In this document: positions 28,288-37,821 of the stretch, piece by piece
How the letters are laid out: each line of letters begins with the position of its first letter
Position numbering within the stretch: the first letter of the stretch is position 1
Assembly: GCA_900320545.1 (NCBI GenBank)
Contig: ONSU01000002.1
Location: forward strand, 42,143-106,142
Length of the DNA stretch: 64,000 nt
Direction: 5' to 3'
Origin: an uncultured Bacteroidales bacterium
Lineage (GTDB): Bacteria > Bacteroidota > Bacteroidia > Bacteroidales > UBA932
Translations under genes and position numbers: made by a program
Notes under the pieces: model-generated
What the model was told of the DNA's origin: nothing
Databases searched by the model: none
The model's input: only the letters and a program-made list of their open reading frames with translations

Positions 28288-30105
28288 GTGTTCAGAAGCC
28301 GCATCGAAGCGCTCCGCGCCGTCATGCGCGAGAAGCAGTGGGACGCCGTCGTCATCACCGGCGGCGATCCGCATGGCAGCGAATACCCCGCGCCCCGCTG
28401 GAAGCAGGTCGAATGGCTCTCCGGTTTTACCGGTGAGGCGGGCGACCTGGTCATCACCCTCGACCACGCCGGCCTGTGGACCGACTCCCGCTACTTTATC
28501 CAGGCCGTCGAGCAGCTGCGCGGCTCGGGCGTCGAACTCCACAAGACCCGTGTCCCGGAAGAGATCCCGATCCCCCGGTGGCTTTCGATGCAGGATTGGG
28601 AAGACGAGGAAGTGAGGGTGGCCATCGACGGCAAATGCCACAGTCTGGCCGCGACGGAAGCGCTCCAGGACGCCTTCACGACGCCGGTGCGGATTGTCGA
28701 CGTGCCCGATCTGCTGTCGCTCTTCTGGAAAGACCGCCCCGCCATCCCCTCGAAACCCGTCATCACGCTCGGCGACGACCTGACGGGGTCACCCCGCAGC
28801 GAAAAGATCGCCGCCATCCGGGATTTCCTGGTGGAGCGCGAATGCGACGCCATCCTCCTCACGGCTCTGGACGACATCGCCTGGACGCTCAACATCCGGG
28901 GCGGAGACGTGGAATACAACCCCGTCACGCTGTCCTACCTGCTGGTAACGATGGGGCAGGTGCTCTGGTTCGTGCGCAAAGAGGGCTTCTCGCGACCGGA
29001 CGACGACACGGCCGGCACCTTCGAAGAACTGGAGAAGGACGGCATCGCCATTATGGACTACGCCGAAGCGGAAATGGTCCTGTCGGGGATCTCCGATGCC
29101 GCCGACGATTTCAGCCGGCTCTACATCGACCCTTCCACCCTCAACTACAACCTCTCCACGGTCATCTTCTCCAACCCGTCCATCGAACGGACGGTGCGCG
29201 GGAGCAGCCCGGTCGCGCCGATGAAGGCGGTCAAGAACGCCACGGAAATCAGCCTGCTCCGCGAAGCGCACCTGGACGACGGCCTGGCGATGGAGCGCTT
29301 CCTGTTCTGGCTGGAGCGGAAAATCGAAGTGGATACCCTCTCCGAAGCGGAAGCGGCGTTCCGGCTGGACTCCATCCGGGCGGACATTCCCGGATTCATG
29401 GGCAACAGCTTCGAGACCATTTCGGCCTACGGGAAGAATGCCGCGCTACCGCATTATGTCACGCCCGCCTCCGGCGGAGCGCTACTGCAGGAGCAGGGTC
29501 TCTACCTGGTCGACAGCGGCGGGCAATACCTCTCCGGCACGACCGACATCACCCGGACGGTTCCGCTCGGGCCGTGCACGGCGCTCGAAAAAGAAGATTA
29601 CACCCTGGTCCTGAAGGGTCATATCGACCTGGCAATGGCGGTCTTCCCAGAAGGGACGCCAGGCTGCCGGATCGACGCCCTCGCCCGGGAGCCGCTCTGG
29701 CGGCGGATGCGCAATTTCGGGCACGGGACGGGGCACGGCGTCGGTTTCTTCCTCTGCGTCCACGAGGGCCCGCAGGACGTCCGGCAGAACCTCAACCCCA
29801 CGCCGCTCCGCAGCGGGATGGTCATCTCGGACGAGCCGGGCATCTACCGGGAGGGCCACCACGGCATCCGCCACGAAAATCTCCTGCTGTGCAAGGAACT
29901 GGGCACCAACGAATTCGGCACCTGGCTCGGATTCGAGACCCTCACCCTCTGCCACATCGACACATCGGCCATCATCCCCGATCTGCTGACCGGGGATGAA
30001 ATCGACTGGCTGAACGCCTATAACGAAAGGGTCTTCCGCGAACTCGGCCCACGCCTTCCCGCCCAAATCTCCACCTGGCTCCGGGCCAAGACGCGTCCGA
30101 TATAA
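28288..30105 (+). CDS. Xaa-Pro aminopeptidase (M24B, aminopeptidase P-like, long form)
   Basis: Creatinase-like N-domains plus M24 metal ligands (HGTGHGVG, EPG, HEN). GTG start at 28288. Confidence 0.85.
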   Translation: MFRSRIEALRAVMREKQWDAVVITGGDPHGSEYPAPRWKQVEWLSGFTGEAGDLVITLDHAGLWTDSRYFIQAVEQLRGSGVELHKTRVPEEIPIPRWLSMQDWEDEEVRVAIDGKCHSLAATEALQDAFTTPVRIVDVPDLLSLFWKDRPAIPSKPVITLGDDLTGSPRSEKIAAIRDFLVERECDAILLTALDDIAWTLNIRGGDVEYNPVTLSYLLVTMGQVLWFVRKEGFSRPDDDTAGTFEELEKDGIAIMDYAEAEMVLSGISDAADDFSRLYIDPSTLNYNLSTVIFSNPSIERTVRGSSPVAPMKAVKNATEISLLREAHLDDGLAMERFLFWLERKIEVDTLSEAEAAFRLDSIRADIPGFMGNSFETISAYGKNAALPHYVTPASGGALLQEQGLYLVDSGGQYLSGTTDITRTVPLGPCTALEKEDYTLVLKGHIDLAMAVFPEGTPGCRIDALAREPLWRRMRNFGHGTGHGVGFFLCVHEGPQDVRQNLNPTPLRSGMVISDEPGIYREGHHGIRHENLLLCKELGTNEFGTWLGFETLTLCHIDTSAIIPDLLTGDEIDWLNAYNERVFRELGPRLPAQISTWLRAKTRPI

Positions 30106-30106
30106 T

Positions 30107-30337
30107 CTAGAGTATCTTGCGGAGCTTGTGGATCAGCAAGAGCGCGAGGTCGGTAAAGGGAAGTTTGGACACGAGCCGGCGGCCGCCTTCGGTGACGAGC
30201 CGTCCCGGAGTATAGAAAGCGCGGGCTTTCTCGTAGCGGCGCGTGAGCTGCTTTTCTTTGGCGGAAAGTTTCTCGCCGTTGTCGTGGATCGCTTCGTTGA
30301 GCTGGTCCAGATTCCGGATGTCCCTGAAATTACGCAT
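30107..30337 (-). CDS. Small hypothetical protein, third gene of the YtxH cluster
   Basis: ORF downstream of the two membrane or stress-like genes. Start placed at the internal ATG (MRNFRDIRNL). No recognisable motif. Confidence 0.4.
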   Translation of the reverse strand: MRNFRDIRNLDQLNEAIHDNGEKLSAKEKQLTRRYEKARAFYTPGRLVTEGGRRLVSKLPFTDLALLLIHKLRKIL

Positions 30338-30692
30338 CGTCTTCTCCTCCGAAGAAAAGTCTGACAAAAAGACGGACCAGGCCGCTGCGGAACAGTCTGT
30401 CGCGCAGGAGGAAGACGACGAGGGAGGCGATCAGCAGAACACCCGCGACAATCATCGCCGTCCATCCGTAACTCAGGTTGCACCATTCGGCAAGCAGGAG
30501 GATCATCCCGAAGGAGAGCACCAGCAGAAACGCCGACACCACCAGCAGGAAAAGCATCAGGCCGAGCAGTTTGCCGACCGAGATGGAAAGACCCTTCACC
30601 AGGCGGAGTTTGACGTCATCCACCCGGGCGTCCAGATACTCTTTCCCCTTCTCCGCCAGCTCCTCGGCCGGAGCGGAAAACTCGGTTCTCAT
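30330..30692 (-). CDS. Small two-TM membrane protein (Holin-X/DUF1469-like)
   Basis: Amphipathic N-terminus followed by two long hydrophobic helices. ATGA overlap with the YtxH gene. Confidence 0.5.
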   Translation of the reverse strand: MRTEFSAPAEELAEKGKEYLDARVDDVKLRLVKGLSISVGKLLGLMLFLLVVSAFLLVLSFGMILLLAEWCNLSYGWTAMIVAGVLLIASLVVFLLRDRLFRSGLVRLFVRLFFGGEDDA

Positions 30693-30973
30693 CCTTCCTG
30701 ATCGTCAAATGCGTCCTCGGAAAGGGGCGCTTCCTGCCGATGTTTCAGCGCGTCTTCGTACTCATCCAGTTTGTTCAGCACGCGCTGCTTGAAGTCGTTG
30801 AAACTGTCCTTGGCCTCGGCCCAGCCGACCTTGGCGTCCTCGAGGCCGTTCTCGGCGGCTTTGCGGACACGGGCGCGGGTCTTCCAGCCCTTGTCGGGCG
30901 CATAAAGGATACCCAGGGTGACACCGGCGGCGATGCCGGTCAGCAGTGCGAAAAATGATCCGGTTCTCGACAT
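30689..30973 (-). CDS. YtxH domain protein
   Basis: N-terminal TM segment FFALLTGIAAGVTLGILYAP followed by a charged helical region typical of YtxH. Confidence 0.7.
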   Translation of the reverse strand: MSRTGSFFALLTGIAAGVTLGILYAPDKGWKTRARVRKAAENGLEDAKVGWAEAKDSFNDFKQRVLNKLDEYEDALKHRQEAPLSEDAFDDQEG

Positions 30974-30985
30974 AATGCAAATGTT

Positions 30986-32053
30986 TTATACAAGTTCTTT
31001 TATAATCTCGTCCGAGACGAAGAAATGATCTTCCGGTATCCGGATGCGGCCGTCCCTTTCGACCAGCGCCCCTTCCGAAAGCAGCCCCGCGAGGACTTCC
31101 TCCCGACAGGCCCGGTGCAGAAACGACGCCTCTTCTCCGTCGGACATCCTCAAAGATAGCATAATTCTCTCTATTTTGCTATTTTCCGGGGTGATATTTT
31201 CACTTTCACGGCGATATCCGCTCACGCGGCACGTATTCCAATACCGTTTCACGCCGTCGAAACCGTGCGCCCCGCCGCCGAAGCCGAGATACGGAATCCG
31301 TTTCCAATATCCCGCATTGTGGACGGCCCTGAATCCGGGCAGGGCGAAATTGGAGATCTCGTAATGCTCATAGCCATACGACCGCATCAAAGCACAGAGC
31401 CGGTCGTACTGCCCCCGGCAGAGTTCCTCGGGCGCCTCCCGATAGTTCCCTTCCACCAGCGCGCTTCCTTCCTCCAACGAGAGTTGATAAGCGGAGATGT
31501 GCTCCGGATGCGCGGCTTCCACCAGGCGGCGGACCGAATCCTCCCAGACGGCATCCGGGAGGCCCGCAATGCCGAAAATCAGATCGGCGGAAAGATTGCC
31601 GACTCCGCATCCCCGGAGGATTTCCAGGGCGCGCAGTCCCCGTGCCGCATCGTGACGGCGGTTCATCCAGCGGAGGATCCCGTCATCAAGCGACTGGATC
31701 CCGACGCTGAAACGGTTGACACCCAAGGCCATCAGCGCCTCCACATAGGCAGGACCCCGGGTCACGATATCTTCCGGATTCACCTCTACGGTGCATTCCT
31801 CCCAGGGACCGCGGAATCCGGCCTCCCCGAGCGCGGCGAAGATCCGTTCGAAATCCGCAATATCCAGCGTGGAGGGGGTTCCCCCGCCGAAATACAAAGT
31901 ATGAAGAGGGCCGGGATCCGCCCCTTTCGAGGAAAGGATCTCGGCCGTCAGCGCTTCGACATACCGATTCTTGAGCGCGTCCCCCGCGATCTCCGAATAG
32001 AAACCGCAATAGGTGCAGAAACTCCTGCACAGCGGGACGTGGACGTAGATCAA
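30986..32053 (-). CDS. hemW: Radical SAM heme chaperone HemW / oxygen-independent coproporphyrinogen oxidase-like protein
   Basis: HVPLCRSFCTYCGFY (CX3CX2C) and GGGTPS motifs. Length is 355 aa. Confidence 0.85.
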   Translation of the reverse strand: MIYVHVPLCRSFCTYCGFYSEIAGDALKNRYVEALTAEILSSKGADPGPLHTLYFGGGTPSTLDIADFERIFAALGEAGFRGPWEECTVEVNPEDIVTRGPAYVEALMALGVNRFSVGIQSLDDGILRWMNRRHDAARGLRALEILRGCGVGNLSADLIFGIAGLPDAVWEDSVRRLVEAAHPEHISAYQLSLEEGSALVEGNYREAPEELCRGQYDRLCALMRSYGYEHYEISNFALPGFRAVHNAGYWKRIPYLGFGGGAHGFDGVKRYWNTCRVSGYRRESENITPENSKIERIMLSLRMSDGEEASFLHRACREEVLAGLLSEGALVERDGRIRIPEDHFFVSDEIIKELV

Positions 32054-32054
32054 A

Positions 32055-32981
32055 TTATTTGAGCATTAACTCCGCCTTGCCGAGGGTGCCGCCGGTAGTG
32101 TACGCTTCCACGGTATAGACGCCCTTGGTGTATTCCGGGATGTCGTTGAGATAGATGGATACCGTCAGCTCGGCGCCTTCATAATCGACCTCGCGGCTGG
32201 CCGACGCCGTCATCGCCTGTCCCTTGCAGGTGAAGCCGGTCGAACGGGCGTTGGTAAGGAGGTTGCCCATCGGGTCGGTCACGCGGATATAGACCGTGAC
32301 CGGGCCGGGCGTGATGATGGCGTTCTCGATCAGCGAGAGGGTGGTCAGGAGGCGGACCGTACGGCTGCTGCGGTCGGTGGGCCGCTTGGATTCGCTATAG
32401 GCCTCCAGACGGATGCCGCGCGCCTTGAGGACGGATCCGGCGGACACTTTCGCCTCGGCATCCTCCAGTTTCCTGGTGAGCTGCTGGTTGGCCCGGCGGG
32501 TCTCGTCGGCCTCTTTCCGGACCTCGGTCACCTCGGCCTTGAGTTTCTGGTTGGCCGTGTTGAGCGAGTCGATCTGCACCAGGTAATTCCGCATGATGGA
32601 GCGGAGGGTGCCGAGTTCGCCCTCGTACTGGCGGATCTTGGCGCGGTTGGTGGCCTGGGTATGTTTGAGTTTGTCGATGAGTTCGGCGACCTGCTGGCGC
32701 GAAGTGTCGAGCTGCAGGTTGATGGACTCGTAGTTGGATGTAATCTTTGACAGGGTATCCTGGAGTTCGACGATGTTGGCTTCCAGTTCCTGCTTCTCGG
32801 CCTCGAGTTCTTTCTTGAGGGTGGAGCTCCGGCTGTTCATTGTCCAGAGGACGATACCGAGGGCTATGGCGATGACGGCGAGCACGCCGGTGGCGATCTG
32901 AAGGCCCAGATTGGCGGACTGTTTTTCCTTTTTCTCGGCCGCTTCGCGGGCGCGTCTCTCGAGCGGATCTTCTCTTTCCAT
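32055..32981 (-). CDS. Membrane-anchored coiled-coil protein with C-terminal beta-rich domain (unknown function)
   Basis: Single TM segment (LQIATGVLAVIAIALGIVLW), about 130 aa of heptad-rich E/K/Q/L sequence, then a beta-rich tail. Stop lies 1 nt before the hemW start. Confidence 0.5.
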   Translation of the reverse strand: MEREDPLERRAREAAEKKEKQSANLGLQIATGVLAVIAIALGIVLWTMNSRSSTLKKELEAEKQELEANIVELQDTLSKITSNYESINLQLDTSRQQVAELIDKLKHTQATNRAKIRQYEGELGTLRSIMRNYLVQIDSLNTANQKLKAEVTEVRKEADETRRANQQLTRKLEDAEAKVSAGSVLKARGIRLEAYSESKRPTDRSSRTVRLLTTLSLIENAIITPGPVTVYIRVTDPMGNLLTNARSTGFTCKGQAMTASASREVDYEGAELTVSIYLNDIPEYTKGVYTVEAYTTGGTLGKAELMLK

Positions 32982-33051
32982 ACTTAAAATCTTTTATTCC
33001 AGCGGACAAATATAGCAATAATTGTGCAAAACTATGTTTATCTTTGCAGTT

Positions 33052-34323
33052 ATGAAAAGAATCCTGATCCTCCTCCTCGCGATGGCGACGGTGTCGCTTT
33101 CGGCGCAGACCGTTCCCGACAACGCGCTGTCCCGCAGCATCCGGGAATTCCCCCAGCGGGCCGGCAACAACCTGCATTCCTACGAATTCCAGCCCCTGTA
33201 CGACACCCCCGCTCCCAAGGGCTACAAACCTTTTTACATCAGCCACTACGGCCGGCACGGCTCCCGCACCAACGGCAGCAGCGACGGGAAGAACTACGAG
33301 AAACTGGAGAAAATCCTGACGGACGCCCGGGCGGACGGGCAGCTCACGGCGGACGGAGAATTGCTTCTCTCTGTCACCCGCAGGGTCATCGGGCAGTTTA
33401 ACGGGATGAGCGGTCGCCTGACGGCGCGGGGCTGCCGGGAACATGCCTCCCTGGCGGACCGGATGTATCACCGCTACCCCGAAGTATTCAAAAAAGGGAG
33501 CAGGAAGATTTGTGCCATCTCCAGCACGGTTCCCCGCTGCATCGTCAGCATGGCCGCCTTCACCAACCGGCTGATGTCCATACAGAAGGATCTGGAGATC
33601 GGTCTGGATACCGGAGAGAAGTACATGGCCTACATCGCCCAGGGGGACACCAAGGAAATCCGGGCCATGACCAAGCCTCTGCTGGATTCCCTTCATAAAG
33701 GCATGCCCCTGGACACGACCGCCATCATGGCCACGCTCTTCAAGGATCCCGCCGCCGCACGGGAATATGTCCATTCCGTCAAAAAGTTTGAACGATATGT
33801 CTACAATGTAGCCCAGGCCACGGAAGCCCTGGACATCAAAGAGAACATTTACGGTCTCCTGCCCGAGAGTGTCGTGTACAGATGGTCCGAAAGCAACTCC
33901 ATGTATATTTACCTCAACCACGGGAATTCCGCCGAGGTGGGGGACATCCGTGTCCCGAGGGCGGCTTCGCTGGTGGAAGATATCATATCACGGGCGGACG
34001 AAGTGATTGCGGGAACGCCCAGAGCGGCCGACCTCCGCTTCGGCCACGACTGGCCGTTCCTGGGTCTGGTCTGCTATCTGGGGCTGGAAGGCGTATCCGA
34101 CCGGATGACGCTTGACGAGGCGCACGGCCAATGGGTCGCCTCCCTCTACACGCCCTTTGCGGCCAACCTGCAGATGATCTTCTACCGCAACAAACGGCAG
34201 GATGTCCTCGTCAAATTCCTCCTCAACGAGAAAGAAACCCTCATCTCCGAACTGGCGCCCGTCCAGGGGCCCTATTACCGCTGGGAAGACGTCAAACACT
34301 ATGTCAGAGAGGAGTGGAATTAA
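33052..34323 (+). CDS. Secreted histidine acid phosphatase family protein
   Basis: Signal peptide. RHGSR catalytic motif (HYGRHGSRTN) and a distal HD (RFGHDWP). TATCTTTG box lies 5 nt before the ATG. Confidence 0.75.
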   Translation: MKRILILLLAMATVSLSAQTVPDNALSRSIREFPQRAGNNLHSYEFQPLYDTPAPKGYKPFYISHYGRHGSRTNGSSDGKNYEKLEKILTDARADGQLTADGELLLSVTRRVIGQFNGMSGRLTARGCREHASLADRMYHRYPEVFKKGSRKICAISSTVPRCIVSMAAFTNRLMSIQKDLEIGLDTGEKYMAYIAQGDTKEIRAMTKPLLDSLHKGMPLDTTAIMATLFKDPAAAREYVHSVKKFERYVYNVAQATEALDIKENIYGLLPESVVYRWSESNSMYIYLNHGNSAEVGDIRVPRAASLVEDIISRADEVIAGTPRAADLRFGHDWPFLGLVCYLGLEGVSDRMTLDEAHGQWVASLYTPFAANLQMIFYRNKRQDVLVKFLLNEKETLISELAPVQGPYYRWEDVKHYVREEWN

Positions 34324-35672
34324 GGAATCAACAGCTCTGACGGAGGCGTTGAAGGACGGAGAAACATAGCGTAATAGACAGGAAGATAGGTCACCCTTCC
34401 TTTCTGTAAGACATCCCTTTCATTGGAAAGGACAATTGCACTCTTGATGTTATAGTCCGGTGTCTGGACAAATGCATCCAGAGATGCGTGCTGGTCGTAG
34501 TCTTTCCCGGACTTCACCTCAATAGGGACAACGGAAAGAGCGTCGAAATCATTTATAAGGAACTCAACTTCGCCCCTCTTTTTATTGTCATAATAAAAGA
34601 GCGGAAATCCGTGAGCCGACAGTTCACTGCATACCACCGATTCATACACGGAACCGAGATTGATGCTGCGCAGATCATTCATCACGGCTGAAATGTTATA
34701 CTGGTAAAGCAATCCCGTAAGCAGCCCGACATCATTCAGATACAATTTCAGCAGATTTTTGCTTTCCGATTCCATCAACGGGAACTTTGGATTGGAAACA
34801 GCACGGACTTCATTGCAGATTCCGCTTTTAATCAGGTACTCAAACTCATCCTGATACTGAACGGCCCGCGCCTGAGACTTGTTTTCTATCTGTTTGAACC
34901 TTACCCGCTTTTTCTTGTTCTCCAAATAGGACGGGACCAATTCATATATACGCTCGATTTTCAATTTGTGTTCTTTGTCATATTGACCGGCGTCCCCTTT
35001 ATACAATTCATACACTTCTTTCTGCGCCCCTCTGACCCGGACAATATTCCGTGTTTCCACAAAAGCATTCACGGCATCCGGTAATCCTCCGACAAGAAGG
35101 TATAGTTTAAAGAATTCCATCATCCGCTTATGGAGAGTCTCAGTCAACGCCATTTTCTGTCTGTAACATTCCCGTACAGAGCCGATAAATTCCTCTCCGA
35201 CATTATTGGCCCATAAAAACTCTTCGAAGTCCAACTGATACATCTTCACTACCTCAATTTTCCCGCCAGGTTTAGACAGGGTTTCATTTAAGGCGATACC
35301 CAGCTGTGAGCCACTCACAATATAAGTAAAACGGTCATCCTGCTTTAGAAACTTAAGAAGCGTAAGCATATCCGGGTACGCCTGGATTTCGTCCAGGAAA
35401 ACAAGTGTATCCTCCTTCGCTCCCATCCTGTCTCCCGCGACCGTACTGAGCCGGAGATAAAAATCTTCTTTACTGGTAACACCGTCGAAAACCCGATCGC
35501 CCTTTTTATCTTCGATGAGATCGATCTCTATATAGTTATGGAACCGTTTTTGTCCCTCATGACGGATAATATAGGATTTCCCAATCTGGCGAGCCCCATT
35601 GAGTACCAGAATCTTACTGGAGCCATTCTCCAGATAATCAACAATTTTCTCTTGAATTTTTCTTTTAAGCAT
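34320..35672 (-). CDS. AAA+ ATPase fused to a DUF4143-type PD-(D/E)XK-like domain
   Basis: Walker A GARQIGKS and Walker B LVFLDEIQ. C-terminal GEVEFLI ... VVPIEVKSGK (D/E...ExK pattern). About 43% GC in two hand-counted 60-nt lines, against 70% in one counted line of the adjacent gene. Confidence 0.75.
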   Translation of the reverse strand: MLKRKIQEKIVDYLENGSSKILVLNGARQIGKSYIIRHEGQKRFHNYIEIDLIEDKKGDRVFDGVTSKEDFYLRLSTVAGDRMGAKEDTLVFLDEIQAYPDMLTLLKFLKQDDRFTYIVSGSQLGIALNETLSKPGGKIEVVKMYQLDFEEFLWANNVGEEFIGSVRECYRQKMALTETLHKRMMEFFKLYLLVGGLPDAVNAFVETRNIVRVRGAQKEVYELYKGDAGQYDKEHKLKIERIYELVPSYLENKKKRVRFKQIENKSQARAVQYQDEFEYLIKSGICNEVRAVSNPKFPLMESESKNLLKLYLNDVGLLTGLLYQYNISAVMNDLRSINLGSVYESVVCSELSAHGFPLFYYDNKKRGEVEFLINDFDALSVVPIEVKSGKDYDQHASLDAFVQTPDYNIKSAIVLSNERDVLQKGRVTYLPVYYAMFLRPSTPPSELLIP

Positions 35673-35746
35673 ACACTTTTCCGTACATAAAACATGTACA
35701 AATATACACTTTTCCGAATGAATTCAAAAGAAAATATACACTTTTC
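35671..35746. repeat. Three direct copies of ATACACTTTTC(C) spaced 33 and 32 bp apart
   Basis: Copies lie at 35671-35682, 35704-35715 and 35736-35746. Copy 1 overlaps the ATPase start codon, copy 2 overlaps its CAAATATA -7 box, and copy 3 abuts the stop of the LamG gene. Confidence 0.6.
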
Positions 35747-37690
35747 TTAAAAGAAAGTGCCAATCTCGACGGGAGAGGTGGCGGTTACGGGCAGCCATAG
35801 GATCAGCGAGGGGCCGTCCCAAGCGGTGCGGATGCCGGCTTTGAAGCCCGGCAGAGGCGAGCCGTTGACTTTCACTTCCTGCGGGATCGCATCGACTCCC
35901 GGCAGGATAAGGCAGAGGCCGTTGGCAGGGTGAGACGGAGAGGCGGAGAGGCGGAGGGAGAGATTCCCGGCCTCCGCCGGGAATGACGCGACCACATACG
36001 CCCGCTGGGTGACGTCGTACGGGACGGCCTTGCCGTCAAGGGTCATCTCCGGTGCCCGGAGCCAGGATTTCGCGAGCGGCAACAGATCCGCCGCGTCGCC
36101 TTCCGTACAGCCGCAAAGCATCAGTTTGGTCATTTTCATACCCTCTACGCTGTGCGGTGCATTATACTGTGTAGCAGTATAGGTGTGGGACGGAGCATCG
36201 GGGACGCAGGCGTAGCGACCGATGACGTAATCCTGGGCCACGGGCCAGTGGTTGCGCCAGGGGAAGGCGGAATAGTCCGACCATTTGCCGGCATAACGGT
36301 CGATGCGCGGGCCGGATTCACCTTTCTCATTGGTGCCGGAGCCGTCTTCCAGAATCAGATAGGGATTCCAGCGGCTCTTGAGATACGTCACCTGAATGTT
36401 CGCTCCCTCAAGCGACGGAAGATTAAAAACGGCCGCATCTCCCTGTTTCCATCCGTAAGTCTCGCTCCGTCCGTCCATCGCGGCGACGGACATAATTTTA
36501 GCGGCATCGAGCACGTCCTCGGGACGCTGGGAAGGATGCAGTACCTGCAGGCTCTGGCACCATTCGTACCAGTCCTGAGGATGGGAAGTCCACAGGTCCA
36601 TCCTGCGCACGCAGGCGCCGTCCGGATAGAAGATATAGGTTTCCTCCGAGCAGTCGCCCCACCAGGTTTCTTCACTCTGGTAAGGAATCTTCTGATTGAC
36701 GCCGACCGGGAGGTTGCGCCATACGACGACGGTGCGGGCCGGAGTATTTTCGACGATGCGGACCGAGGAGAAATCAGCATGCTTGTCGCTCATACTCTCC
36801 GGGCACCCCCAGCCGGTCACCTTGGAGCGCTCGATGAACTCGTTGCACATCCAGTTTCCTTTCTCCGTCACGAAGCAGGGCGCGTAAGAGATGCCCCGCC
36901 AGAAAACGACCTTCCAGGGTTGTTCAGGCCCGAATCCGACCACCACGTCGGGCAGACTCCCCCGCCAGCGGTCGTCAAAAGCCTTATAATATTTCAGCGG
37001 AATGTACCACGCGCCGAAGGCCAGGGAATCCGGCCCCGACGGAAGCACGCGCGCCTCGAACGCCGGTGCGGCCGGGCGCACGAATTTCTCTTTCAGGATG
37101 GCCTTGTAGGCATTTTTATCCCCCAGGATCTGCAACTCATCCACGGCCCCGTCCAGGCTGCTGTAGATAGGGATATTCTTATTCTCGAAGAAGGACGGCG
37201 TCCTGACCTGCGTACGGCCGATCCAGAGGTCATAGGGGGCCTGCTCCACGGAGGGAAGCTCGGTGGGAATCTTCGCCACTTCCCTCCCGTCAATCGCCAG
37301 GAACAGTCCGCTTCCGGAACGGAAATTGGCCGTCAGCCGGGACCACTGCCGGAGCGGAAGGCCTTCGGGAGATTCGACAGAGACCCACTCCCCTGCACCG
37401 GCCACCTGAAAATGCACCTTCCCGAGCACGTCCAGCCACAGCGACCACCCGCCGGGAACATCGGTCCGCTGACGGCATACGACCGGGCAGGGACTCTTCG
37501 GGAAGGCCACGGGGCAAACCCAGACATCGACGGTGAAATGCCGCTCGGGGGCCTTTACCTCCGCCGCGGGCACGACGATACGCGAATCAAAACCATCGAA
37601 AAAGGCAGCCTGCCCCTCAACGCCGGAAATCGTTCCGTCGTTGAAAGAAAGCGAAAAAAGCGCCGCCAGAAGGATGCCGAGAGCATTCAT
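35747..37690 (-). CDS. Secreted protein with N-terminal LamG/concanavalin-like domain plus about 450-aa uncharacterised domain
   Basis: Signal-like N-terminus. LamG-like pattern (FDGFDSRIVVP ... FTVDVWV ... LFLAIDG). No match to a catalytic family that I can name. Confidence 0.55.
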   Translation of the reverse strand: MNALGILLAALFSLSFNDGTISGVEGQAAFFDGFDSRIVVPAAEVKAPERHFTVDVWVCPVAFPKSPCPVVCRQRTDVPGGWSLWLDVLGKVHFQVAGAGEWVSVESPEGLPLRQWSRLTANFRSGSGLFLAIDGREVAKIPTELPSVEQAPYDLWIGRTQVRTPSFFENKNIPIYSSLDGAVDELQILGDKNAYKAILKEKFVRPAAPAFEARVLPSGPDSLAFGAWYIPLKYYKAFDDRWRGSLPDVVVGFGPEQPWKVVFWRGISYAPCFVTEKGNWMCNEFIERSKVTGWGCPESMSDKHADFSSVRIVENTPARTVVVWRNLPVGVNQKIPYQSEETWWGDCSEETYIFYPDGACVRRMDLWTSHPQDWYEWCQSLQVLHPSQRPEDVLDAAKIMSVAAMDGRSETYGWKQGDAAVFNLPSLEGANIQVTYLKSRWNPYLILEDGSGTNEKGESGPRIDRYAGKWSDYSAFPWRNHWPVAQDYVIGRYACVPDAPSHTYTATQYNAPHSVEGMKMTKLMLCGCTEGDAADLLPLAKSWLRAPEMTLDGKAVPYDVTQRAYVVASFPAEAGNLSLRLSASPSHPANGLCLILPGVDAIPQEVKVNGSPLPGFKAGIRTAWDGPSLILWLPVTATSPVEIGTFF

Positions 37691-37708
37691 AAACTGCTAC
37701 GCCGGGAA

Positions 37709-37726
37709 TGTGTGTCCGGACACACA
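37709..37726. promoter_or_regulatory. Perfect 18-bp palindrome TGTGTGTCCGGACACACA (operator candidate, site 1)
   Basis: Lies 19 nt upstream of the LamG gene ATG. Overlaps the CAAAGATA (reverse complement TATCTTTG) -7 box at 37725-37732. Confidence 0.6.
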
Positions 37727-37821
37727 AAGATAGCAAAAAAATCATAATTCCACAAACGGCCCGAACGCAGGGATCCCGGTGAGCTTTTTATGAGTTTTTC
37801 ATTGTGAAGTTTTCAATTCGA

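Noticed and set aside
30330-30692. Holin, and therefore a prophage remnant
   Set aside because: No capsid, tail, lysin, integrase or repeat boundaries occur nearby. The gene is embedded in a YtxH-type small-gene cluster between aminopeptidase P and hemW.
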